Positions 1-12,100 of a DNA stretch of 43,113 bases are shown here, one piece after another (position 1 is the stretch's first letter; every line of letters starts with the position of its first letter). Under the pieces are notes generated by a model. The model saw nothing but the letters and a program-made list of their open reading frames with translations. It did no database searches and was not told the origin of the DNA. The position numbers and the translations under genes are program-made. The stretch is from Sphaeroforma arctica JP610 (lineage: Eukaryota), in the NCBI RefSeq assembly GCF_001186125.1, contig NW_014040480.1:32721-75833 (forward strand). Direction: 5' to 3'.

Positions 1-14
1 TGTGGTNTATGTAG

Positions 15-51
<37 letters not shown>

Positions 52-123
52 CTATATATTTATATATGTAGTACTTATATATTGTAGTATTTATTCTATT
101 GTTGTATTCATGTTCTATGTATG

Positions 124-154
<31 letters not shown>

Positions 155-350
155 GTTATGAATGTATATATATATATTTATATTTATATATATATATATA
201 TATTCATAAATATATATATATGTATATAGAGATATTTATATTTATATATGTATACTTATATTTGTAAGTATTTATTCATTTATGTATTCATGTATTACGT
301 ATGTATATATATATATATGTATGAATATATACATATATATATATATATAT
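1..350. repeat. (TA)n/(TG)n microsatellite-rich intronic sequence
   Basis: Dinucleotide runs seen directly. Similar tracts occur at 4845-5135, 11999-12165, 14390-14876, 24140-24710, 28705-28915 and 31140-31365. Confidence 0.95.
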
Positions 351-492
351 AAACCCTGTTTGTTACGTTATTCATTCCGTTTCATCTGCGATAAACAAAA
401 GTCCTAGGCCTGAAATTATAATCTTGTGCGTTATTGTAAACTGCCTATTTTACTATATTAAGCAGTCATGAATATTGCCTTATATGGAACAG

Positions 493-1972
493 GCGCCAAA
501 GCGGCGGCCACTTTCAAGTGTCTCGACTCACGCATGCTGTGGGCGTCAGTGCGATCGTTTCCGTTTGACCGTAAATTGGTGGCCCAAAGTACCGAACTGT
601 GTGGATACGAAGAATCGCCAGACTACAAGCGAACCGTAAGTACTGGGACAATTATCCAGGAACGAGCCACTGTGACCATCTATTTACAGATAGACATGCA
701 TGTGGCGAGGTCTTCGAGCAGTCTGTGTAGAATGCATAGGAGCATGCAATGAAGTACACACAATAGAAATGCCCTCTCGGTCCCAGTTTCATGTATTGGG
801 TTGAGTATAACATTGCAGCGGATATAGATTCATGCTAGCACAGACATCCATACTCAGACGAATGTGAAAGCGGATGCTTGTCTTTCCTCGTCATGTATAC
901 ATCCGTACGCATATATATATACAAAGGCCTATCATTGCTATTCATATATACATCCGCACCAGATATGACAGCGCTTGAACTTCCAATGTACACTGCCGTG
1001 TGATGTCTGTGCATATCATAGTCACGCTCATCTGCCCCACTGGACTCTATATGCTACCCCACTTCACCTGGTCGCGTTACCATCCCTTCACACACCCTAC
1101 CCTATCTTCACCTCCCCTATCTCTACCTACAGGACGCCCTCTCCGCCGTGTACGATCCGGCGTTCGTACTCCCCACCGTCTACCAAGCACTGCTGTCCAG
1201 TGATGACGTCGACATTCGTAAACTCATTGAGAGTCATGTGGTTGGCTACTGTGTGTCGTCACTGTCGTCACGTGACGTGCACGTGCGCATTGCGGGGTCG
1301 GCAGTCCTGCGACATCTGTTTGACAACCATTTCAAACACTCGAGTTTCCGCGAACAGAGCCAGGTGCAGTACCTGCTGAGTGTGTTCAGGTGAGTAAATG
1401 TATATATGTATATATATATACGTATATATATATATATATATAAATGAACAGTAGAGAACATACACATATAGATGTACATTGCATTACCTCACTCATAAAA
1501 AGTTCATAGACGCACTTTCAAATACTTGCACATGCTTATACCATTGCTTACATAATCAACGTTCAATTATACTACATCCGCTACACTTCCCATCCCCGCA
1601 TCTCTCCACTTGTTGCCACAACCACATCCACACACCTACCTTCCTTAATCACTACAGACGTGGGAGGATCCACCACACATCTGTTCGTTCTTATTGCGTT
1701 TCTATCACGCCACTCATCTCTCCTTTCTTATTGTGTTACGACCACGCCAATGCAGAGACGGCATCGAAAGCAACGATCAACGAGTGCCTACTATCATGAC
1801 CGTGTTTGTGAGCGAAGCTCTGCTGGTACTCATTGCCCCTGACCATGCTATGTAAGTACGGGAGCGATGTATACATGGCAGTATGATAGTGTGATAGTAG
1901 GAAAGTATGATAGTAGAATGGTATGGATGGAATGATGGTATGGTGGTATGGTAGTTTATATTGTACTGTGAC

Positions 1973-2003
<31 letters not shown>

Positions 2004-3189
2004 TATGTGTGCATATCAGGCATAAACAATCGTACACATGCTCTCATATAGAATTCTATAAAACCTATGCACGCGCAAGAGGCCAAGTGCCTATTCGCTT
2101 TACGCTTTCATATCGTTCACCGACAATTTATGACAGTTTTCCAAAACCTTAAAACCCCAAAACCCTAAACCCTTGCTCATATGGTCTCTCATATATCCAC
2201 AGGTATGCAACAGTGAATAAATTCATTCTGCAAAGACCCTATCTGCCCCTGGATGACGTCCCCTTGTTCTACAACATGCTTCTTAGGTACGTTAGCGTGT
2301 GTACATATGCTCACTCTGATATGCTGTACACGTTGTCGTATACGTATGTATATATATATAGTACACTCCAGAAACACTCATACTCTACCCATATCCTGCC
2401 ATTCAGTGGTGATGACACAAGCATAGCACAACAGAACTGGATGCTGCGGTGGGTGACATTTGGTTTGGTAGATGAATCCGATTGGGCGCTGTACAAAAGA
2501 CGTCACGTGGGCGAATTGCTGCTGAGGTGTGTGTGTGTGATTGTGTATATATGTGTGTGTGTGTGATTGTGTATGTGTGTGTGTGTATGTGTGCTTGTGT
2601 GTGTGTTCGTGTGTGTTGTATCCTTGACCTAGTCTGTGTGTATATGAAGTACCGTATAACCCACGTCCGTAGAAATCATTCTGAACGTAAATAACCCTAC
2701 CATGCACTATATATCATACCACTTAGTCATTACAACCCATCCTACCCTATCCTATACTAGTCAATATAACCCATACTATCATATCCTATCCTATAACATT
2801 CATTATAAAACATCCTATCCTATAACAGTTATTATAAAACATCCTATCCTATCCTATCCTATCCTATTGTCCGTAGTATGAGCGAGTCCCGACTCAGCGA
2901 CAAAACCACACGCCAGTTGGTGTCCGAGTTCTTCCTCGCAGCGGTGCACATCCCTGGCGTAGCCAATGAGCTGTTCCGAAGCGCAGGCCTAGTCACGTGG
3001 TTGTTCACTCGTGCTAGTCTGAGTGCGTTTGATTTGGCACCCATACACCGACCGGGTGTACCGTTTGATATGCCCACGTACTGTCGTAGTGAGGCTGGCG
3101 ATGAGTTTGAAGACACACTGCAGGTGCGTTGTACTTGAGTTGCCGACTATATGTGAGTGTGAATGTATATGTATATGTAAATGCATATT

Positions 3190-3223
<34 letters not shown>

Positions 3224-5070
3224 GTGAACGGTAGGCTCCCCTGCGCGTCTAGGCTCATCCGCACACTTCTTCTACTTCCGCATGTTCTGCAGATGGCCGT
3301 GTTGCTATGGCAACGTATCGACGCACGCTCACGGCAGTGGCCGTTGGTACGCGAGACTTATCAGGCGTTGCTGGAGAGGGCTTTCCGATGGATCAACGTT
3401 AATAGTATGTCTTTGCATATATACTGAAGTCACTACATGTGCTCTGTATCTACACACTGAATTACTATATATACTCTGCATCTACACATTGGATATGTTG
3501 TGGTTTGTATATAGGTATATTGTTGTGTACATGTAGGTACATTGTGGACAACCTACGATATTCGGGCTCAGCTGGGTGAGTCATGCATGCCGTTTGTTTC
3601 GTAAGGGTGTACCATCCTTACAACAAGTCGCGAATTGGTGCCCACAGACCTGTCTACCGATGTTACTAGTGAGAATGGGTTAAACGGCTAGTACAAGTGC
3701 TCTATCGTGTATACCTCCATTTAGCTGTGCGCACACACCTGTTGTGTATGTGACACTGAGATGCGCCTGTGTCGGGGCTGTACGCATCTGCCATTCATAA
3801 TGCAGTAAACGGTTAGTAACTACTTGACATGTCTCTCAGTACTGGTTTGGTATCACTTATCTTGTTGTCCATATCAGGTAGTGTATGTTTAAATGTATTA
3901 CCTATATACATCATGTAGTGTACGTTTAAATGTGTTATTTATGTACATCATGTAGTGTATGCTTCTTTGATATATCTATCCGTATACCTAATGTGATGTA
4001 TGGTTTCTTCCTCATATCTACAGGCCAGGCCATGGGTGAGGGCGAATGCGTAAACCGTTGCACAATACTCTTAGTCGCACTCGCACACCTCACAGACAAC
4101 GAAGATATACAACCACACACGCACACACACACAAAGACCAGCACTCTCTCGGATACACACACCTCCACACAGAAGACACACACACACAACACCGTACACA
4201 CGCGAACGAAGGACCCCGGCGGTACACCGGCACGCCCATCGGCACTCGACGCCACCACTCCCAGTCCAATCTCCATAAAGCCATCGGTGATGGAGAGCTT
4301 TGTACGCACGTGTATACTGTTTGGGGTAGTGCAACCACACACACAGAGTGGTGGGGAACGGGTGGACTACACCCACGCACCGAACATGCACAGGCTCGTG
4401 CGGGTGGTGTGTGTGGCGGCGCTCGATAATTGCCCACTTTTGAGTGGTGGTGGGGGGTCTAGTGGTATCCGGAATGCCGAAATCGAGTCCGTTATTTGGC
4501 TCATCCAGTTCTGTGTGTCCGCGTTGAGTGTGGGCGAAGACATTTCATTGAACAGTGGTAGGAGTGCGCTCACGCTCGCGACCAATGAAAGGGCGAGATC
4601 TATAAATAGAATGTCTGGGTCTATTGATTTCCTGGTGGAATCTGTGCTGGGGCTGGTGGCGCGCAGAGGGGCGATGGGGCGAGCGATCCGATTGTCACTG
4701 ACTGACATTGAGACGGGACCTTCTAAGATGGTATGTGAGGGTTGCAGACGCTAGTGTGGGTGGGTGGGTGAGTAAGTGTGTTGTATGTAATTCGGGGAGT
4801 ATGCGTGTGTGATTAATGCGCTGCATTTTTTGGTACGTGTGCGCTTTGTGTGTGTGTGTGTGTATATATGTATGTATGTATGTGTATTTTATATTTTATA
4901 TTTATAAATTTATATATATATATATATATATATAATGTGTGTGTGTGTGTGTATAGAATATATGTATATATATATATAGTCTATGAGTGTGTGTAGTAAT
5001 ATATATATATATNNNNNNNNNNNNNNNNNNNNTAAGTTAAGTTACGTTAGTTAGTTAGTTAGTAGTATAG

Positions 5071-5134
<64 letters not shown>

Positions 5135-5639
5135 CTAGAATCACCTGTGTAAGTGTGTAGTGTGTATATCTGCACGCGTGTTTATCCCGTACGCTTGTGA
5201 TCAGATCCTTACTGACCGTTTGTGTTTTTTGAGTGTGTTAGTTCTGTTGACTAGTATCCTACCCTCCCCCCCCTGCACGCGTCCTTAATATCCCTCATGC
5301 TACATACGGGATATACCAGGTGCACTCCCCTCGCTTCCTGTGCGTTGTACGCTCTCCCGTGCATCAGAGCATACTTACTTATACTGTCATACATTAGTAT
5401 AAACGTTTATCCTTATCGCAACCCTGAAGCTTTGTCGGGCACGTACCAATGCTAATCAATGGTACTCCTTTTGTTATGACAGTGGACTTTATACGGAGCT
5501 GAAGAGTGAGCTCTCGCGCCTTCAGTCAGGCTCAGGTGCTTCGCCTGAGGCGGGTGTGGTTGCCTTGGCAACGGCGGTGCAGCTACAAAATCTATGGCAG
5601 AAATCCCTCGGTAGCGATGACGTACTCTGCACGGCCTGA
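493..5639 (+). CDS. URB1: Nucleolar pre-ribosomal-associated protein 1 (URB1/Npa1), 3' part; 5' exons lie upstream of the window
   Basis: Phase-consistent GT-AG model: 493-635, 1133-1389, 1756-1851, 2203-2286, 2407-2526, 2877-3123, 3293-3404, 3537-3575, 4024-4730, 5255-5319, 5483-5639 (TGA). Motifs match the NopRA1 C-terminal region: SFPFDRKL, YDPAFVLP, PDHAMYATVNKFILQRPYLPLDDVPLFYNML, QQNWMLRWVTFGL..ESDWALYKRRHVGELLL. The last three to four exons are less certain. Confidence 0.8.
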
Positions 5640-6129
5640 GCGGATTATGAGGAGAATCCGTTCGTAGATAAGGACACAATCTAGTGCCTATGTGAAACGC
5701 TATATAAACGTATATGACTGATCCCTTCGGAAGTACCCGCCTTGCCTTGCTTTGCCTTGCCTTGCCTTGTGGTGCTTATCTGCACCATTTGAGTGTTTCT
5801 TGAAAGTGTTTGCCTCGTGTGTTTAGTTCGACATGCACCCCTGCGACACCGGTCCAAAATAAAATACGACGGGTCCATGATATAGTCCCGAACTTCTCAA
5901 TCAGAGTACATTCAGGTTGAAATGTTGATGGCTGTGGAGTGGTAGGACTGGTAGCGCGGAGGTGACGCATATTCTATTTATTCACTATAACAACAGTTAT
6001 TTAAAAGTACTTCAAAACTTTCGGCCTGATTCCCATTTAGTATGCGGTATGCAGTAAGCAGTATGCGGATTGTGCTCGGACTAATACTCGAGGTCATTTT
6101 GTAAATCCTAAAAGCATATGTGCATGAAA

Positions 6130-6905
6130 ATACTAACAAGTGTTGTATGTACATAACTCGTGTTGCATAAACATAACTAGTGTTGTATATACATAACTAG
6201 CGTTGTATATACATAACTAGTGTTGTATATACGTAACTAGCGTCGTATATACATAACTACCGTTGTATTTATATAACTAGCGTTGTATATCCATAACTAG
6301 CGTTGTATATACAAAACCAGAGTTGTATATACATAGCTAGCGTTGTATATACATAACTAGCGTTATATATAAATATCTAGCGTTGTATATACATAACTAA
6401 CGTTTTATATACATAACTAGTGTTGTGTATACATAACTAGCGTTGTATATATATAACTAGCGTTGTATATACATAACTAGCGTTGTATATACATAACCAG
6501 CGTTGTATATACATAACTAGCGTTGTATATACATAACTAGCGTTGTATATACATGACTAGCGTTATATATACATAACTAGCGTTATATATACACAACTAG
6601 CGTTCTATATACATAACTAGCGTTCTATATACATAACTAGTGTTGTATGTACATAACTATCGTTGTATATACAAATCTAGCGTTGTATATACATAACTAG
6701 CGTTGTATATACATAACTAGCATTGTATATACATAGCTGGTGTTGTATATACATAACTAGCGTTATATATACATATTTAGCGTTGTATATACATACCTAC
6801 CGTTGTATATACATAACTAGCGTTGTACACACACCACTAGCGTTGTATATACATATTTAGCGTTGTATATACATAACTAGCGTTGTATTTACTTCACTAG
6901 CGTTG
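6130..6905. repeat. 20-bp tandem minisatellite, consensus ACATAACTAGCGTTGTATAT, about 38 copies
   Basis: Exact 20-nt periodicity with scattered substitutions. It lies between the convergent URB1 and LDH 3' ends. Confidence 0.97.
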
Positions 6906-7120
6906 CTGCGCACATATGTCGCCAACGCTAGAATCCCACGAAAGTCAACCAACCATGTGGTACACCACCAATAAATTATAAGCTAGGAATGTGTTTAGAA
7001 GTGCATGACCATGATACCTCGTTAATACTTCCGATATGTGCGGACACTCGTAAGTAACGAATGGCATCCGTGTATCTATTTGGTTAGTCAGAGTTAGTTA
7101 CGCATAGGTAGAGCGCGGGC

Positions 7121-7454
7121 CAATCTTCAAAGCCAAGAAGTGAACATGATCGTGGTATGGTTACTTTGACTGACTTTTATTTATATTGGATTGGATTGGG
7201 TGCGTCTCACCTGTCATACCTGACTGTTACTTATATACTGCTCGTGTTGATACCAGCACCTGCATTTACTTGCTGGGGGGTGGGGACAATCTTCCCAGCC
7301 TAGAAGTGAACATGACCGTGGTATGGTTACTTTGACTGGCTTTTATTTATATTGGATTGGGTGCGTCTCACCTGTCATACCTGACTGATACTTATATACT
7401 ACTCGTGTTTTAGGGTTGATACCAGCACCTGCATTTACTTGCTGGGGGGTGGGG
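7121..7454. repeat. Tandem duplication (~166 bp x2) of the last codons and 3' UTR of the LDH gene
   Basis: 7121-7286 aligns with 7287-7454 (caatcttc...agaagtgaacatga...gcatttacttgctggggggtgggg). Both copies contain the PPPSK-stop codons on the minus strand. Confidence 0.92.
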
Positions 7455-9588
7455 CCACATAGTTGGTGAGCTCAGCACCGTTCTTACCCTCGTTGAACAT
7501 CTCATTCACATTAGATAGCGTCACCCGCGCAATAGCCTCCAGCGCGTCAATCGTCAAGAACGCCTGGTGTGACGTGATCAGCACGTTGGTGTTAGACACC
7601 AGGTTAGCCAGGCGGTCATCCTGGATCACACGCCCGCTCCAATTCTCAAAGAAGTATCCCTGCTCTCCCTCGTACACATCCAGCCCAGCCCCACCCACTT
7701 GTCCGTTCTTAAGACCGTCTAGAAGCGCGTCTGTGTCAATCAGACCTCCACGCGCACAGTTGATGATGGTTACACCCTTCTTCATCTTGGCGATGGTTTC
7801 GGCGTTGATCATGTGGTGGGTGGAAGGCAGCAGAGGTGAGTGGATGGAGATCACATCTGAGCAGGCCAGGACTTCGTCTAGAGACATATATGTAACCTCG
7901 GGCTTAGCCTCGTATGTCTTGTTGATGTAGATGTCGTATGCCGCAATCTTCATGCCGTATCCGATCATGATGTCGATTAGGCACTGACCAATCTTTCCGG
8001 TTCCGATTACTGCGTGGAGGAGAGTACGGAGAGAAATGATCAACATGTGTGTACTTATTAAAGCGCTAGAGACATAAAGGGATGAGCGAGAAAACCCCAA
8101 TCGAAGCACAGCTCACAGACCCGCATAAGCACTACTTGAATACGCCCGCACAATACCATACACATATATCACACTGATACTTACCACCACAGGTTCGGCC
8201 GTGGAGATCATAGCCCACAAGTCCGCCCAGTGAGAAGTCACCTTCACGAATGCGATTGTAAGCCTTATGCAGCTTTCTGTTAAGCGTCTGGCATAGAGCC
8301 ACCGCGTGCTCCGCTACAGCGTAAGGCGAGTAAGCGGGCACACGCACCACTGGGATGCCCATAGCGTCAGCAACCTTCAAGTCAACACGGTCGAAGCCGG
8401 CGCATCGATTGGCAACCATCTTCACTCCATTGCGGGAAAGCGCACGAACGGTCTTATCAGACACATCATCGTTTACAAACACTACAACGACATCGTAGCC
8501 AGCAGCCAGCGCCGCGGTGTCGGGACCCAGACGGGTCTCAAAGTATGTGATTTCAAAGTTGTACTTTTCGTTCTCCTTGTCAAAGGTCTCGCGATCGTAT
8601 GACTTGGCATCGAACAGAGCGATGCGTGTGGCACCACTCTCAGCGTCACTACCCATCTGACGTCCCTTACGGTCGCGTCTGGCAATGTTCTGCATGTATC
8701 CAAGCATAGCTAGAGAGACACTGACGTCCTCCTGTAATAGCTTCTTGAAGTCAGTATCTCCAAGCGAGTAGTTGACAGCGGGTTCGCTGGCTGTGACGGT
8801 GGCCGAGTGAGGGGTGCCGCAGAATAGCGAACCCAATCCGATGAAATCACCTGCGGTCAGATGAAGGGGGAATGAATTTAAATGTTGAGTCGACAATAAT
8901 ACTACAAGTGTTTGCTGCTTCAGAACTACAGGTATTGTACCAAGTGTGGGGTTGGATCGTTCCCTAAGTTTAGCTAGAGTTTAATTTTCCCCACTGTAAC
9001 TATAAGTTATCTTGCGTGCTTTGTTACGCTACTTAACTTAATGAACGATTAGAACCACTCCGCAACGACAGACCTTCAACTTACAAAACCTAACACCAAA
9101 GTACTATCCAGACTCAAGAGTATACCTCGCTACTTGTATCGCTAGATGTAAATGATTTATATATAGAATGTATCACCCAAAAGTAGCATTTGATGGCTTC
9201 ATATATAGGTTTAAAGCCCCCAGACGAACTCACAATGGTTCGTTAACATGCATATCAGACATATGCACACATGTGACACTTTCCTTATAAATGCGAGGAG
9301 CTAATGCGATATCATTGCAACAAGCACACGCAATGTATACAACATCACAACGAACTTACCAGTCTTTAGCACATCGACTTGGACCTCTTCGCCTGCAGAT
9401 CCGGACATAGTGACGGAAAATTTTCCGGTTGAGATGATGGACAGACGTCCGGTCTGGTCACCTTGCTGCACAACTACATCTCCTTCACTGAACTTATCTT
9501 CACGCAGGAGATCTACAATCTTGTTCTTGGCATCCTCAGAACAATCCGAGAAAACGGATCGGTTTACGGCTTCACTCTTAGAAACCAT
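7435..9588 (-). CDS. ldhA: NAD-dependent D-lactate dehydrogenase (LdhA-type D-2-hydroxyacid dehydrogenase) with N-terminal cyclic-nucleotide-binding (CNB/CAP-like) domain, ~489 aa
   Basis: Exons complement(9360-9588, 8185-8850, 7435-8009) total 1470 nt, with two phase-1 GT-AG introns. D-LDH motifs: FVND, RCAGFDRVDL, RVPAYSPYAVAEHA, IGTGKIG, NCARG (Arg), DVYEGE (Glu), TSHQAFLT (His). The N-terminal ~130 aa follow the CNB pattern FSEGDVVVQQGD..LSIISTGKFSV..VDVLKTGDFIG..SATVTA. An alternative upstream in-frame ATG exists at 9666. Confidence 0.92.
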
Positions 9589-11641
9589 ATTGGTATCGTT
9601 ATATCTGTTTGTTGTGTTATACAAATCTGACTCTGGCACGGGGTGTAAATTCAGGTTAAGTACCATTTCATAATCGCTATGGTGCTCCTTTTACCATACA
9701 ATATCCACACCGCCAAATAAATAAATAAATTTGAATTTCATACAACTTCAACTCACTATAAAGTATACCGGGACTATTTTCCGTGTATTTATTTGAGACG
9801 TGTCGTAAAATGGTCCGTCGATTTCGAACGACTTGGTAAAATACTAAATTGAATTCTGGAAAAATTACCATATTTGGTGTCTATGATCTGGAATGCCGAT
9901 AACTTTTTTTGTAGCTCCACGAATCAGTATTCTTTTATCAAAGATTTAGACCAATGAGTATATTTCATCACATAGGAAATATTGTACTTCGTGTTCATTT
10001 GCAGGGGACTTTCAATTACGGAAGAACACGAACCTTCTGATAATTAAAAATAGGAGATATCACAATCAACAACCCAAAGACAAAGTCCCAGTCCAGCAAA
10101 CTTACAGCGAAGTGCAAACCCGGATGAAACCCTTAGTCTCCCTGGGACCCTGTCTCATACTCTCTTTGTCTACTCTTGCGTGCGCACTGAGTTGAGTTGT
10201 ATTTTTAATACTATTTATTTATTTACTGTTGTTGTTGTCGTTGTCGTTGTTGTTGTTGTAATTAAAGTTTAAACCCTAAACCTACTCCCACACCTTGATT
10301 AAAACCCTACTCTCGCTCCTGTTCGATTAAAAACTGTATTCGGTTATCATTAGATTCAACTTCTCTCACATTCGCTCAACCACACTAATTAAAAAAATAG
10401 TTTTGAAATTATTTAGAAACTATGATATAACTTTTATAACCATATCACTGAAGCAAAAAAAAAGATGCTTTTACAAATTATCTCATGAGGAGACAATTGT
10501 AGCAATTCTGTTCAGTTCGAAGTACAATCACTTGCTCAGTAGAGAATCGAATAGGTGGAGGAAATGTTTTCTGGTATGATTAACTGAATCAACCTGTAAA
10601 ATAACGCCAAAACATATACAATGATGGCATCCTTAAGGTCAGTTACTTGAAAAAAAATCTATAACAAGCTGTTCTTGTCATTGCGGCGACAACACCACCC
10701 CCAGACCATACATATAAAAAAGATTTGAACTTTAAGCGTTGTACTCAATCTTCTCGTGCCGAGAAGTATATAGCGCATAAGCTGCGCGTATGCGCATTCG
10801 GCATTTGTTATACTGTGCGGTAAGTGTGTAATTCATATGTACAACTGAGAAACTTAACTATGAACTTGTACATACTTAGCTCGCGTCGCAAGAAAGTTCT
10901 TCGATTTGTATTATGCAAGTGACATATTTTGGTGCCTTACGTTTCTTGGGACTGATGTGTCAGTAGACGGTGTCGATGCCGTCTCATTTCGCAACGTTCA
11001 ATCTGGTCAACGACTATAAGATTTATATCTAATCAGCGATTGTGGTCGAATATAAAACGCTCAGGTACAGGGGTTATACTGAAACTTAGTGTTGAGAAAG
11101 CGCTGAATGCCAAAAAACAAAAACAAAACAAGGCCAATTTTTTTTTATAAATGGCCCAAAGCCAAAGCCGAGTGCATCAGCAGTTCAGCACATTGAGGCT
11201 TGAGCGCCTGGTCGCAAGGCGCAAGCCCGCGCAAGTTTTCCGCCAAACTTTTCTAAGTCAATCGACAATACTCCACAGTCAAAACTCCAGAGTCCAGACT
11301 GAAGAGTGAGTTAGTCCTCGGTAATGCAGATAATAATAGACATCTTTCTATTAGTGTATAAACCCGCGCTTTAGATAATAATAAAATATTATTCGTCTAA
11401 AGAAAGGCATTAGCAATATAGTGAGTGCATTTGTTGCAATCTCTACGTTATGTATTGGTTTTTCATAGGTACATCCCAGAGTCTGGTCTGAAATTCTGGA
11501 TTGACTTGCTAGTCTCGTGATTGTCAAATGACAGTCAAAGCTGGACAGAGCCTCACGGAGATGATGCGCATATAGAACGCACAGACTTTTACATGTCTAC
11601 CTCATAACCTCGCTGCCACGAAGAACAATTTAAGTATATAT

Positions 11642-12026
11642 ATGTACTCTCGAAGCCGATTAATTGCCAGAATGATGAGCTCAAGCGCTACTAAAAGGAC
11701 ACACATTGACGGCGTCATAAGTACTACAATGTCTACCATGCAAGTTAAAAAACTGTCAGACGATGCCACTATCCCTGTAAAGGGTTCTGCGTTGGCTGCG
11801 GGATTTGACCTGTTTAGGTATGTCTTTATATGCTGTAGATATTATTTTGAAATAAGAGTATCAGTAGTTTTGTCAAATGTACACTATCCATGAACACAAA
11901 ACCCAAAAACTTCATTTTCTTTAAGCCGATAACTCAAATGTAAAAGCATATTTGTGTCAACGGTTCAATTGCTGACCTNNNNNNNNNNNNNNNNNNNNAT
12001 ATACTATATATACATATTACTAAATA

Positions 12027-12100
<74 letters not shown>

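Noticed and set aside
963..1070. Extra URB1 exon after the cag at 960-962
   Set aside because: In the required phase it reads ATA TGA (immediate stop). Exon 493-635 joins 1133 in frame without it.
6130..6905. CRISPR-like array
   Set aside because: The units are contiguous with no unique spacers, there are no cas genes, and the context is eukaryotic. The same applies to the 66-bp arrays.
7463..8703. Antisense or alternative-frame ORFs over the LDH gene (7463-7930, 8306-8602, 8482-8703)
   Set aside because: Shadow ORFs of a codon-biased real gene with no independent motifs.
9930..10340. Possible 3' end of a non-LTR retrotransposon (coding-like stretch followed by a (GTT)n tail)
   Set aside because: No recognisable RT or endonuclease motif and no TSD, so it cannot be supported from sequence alone.
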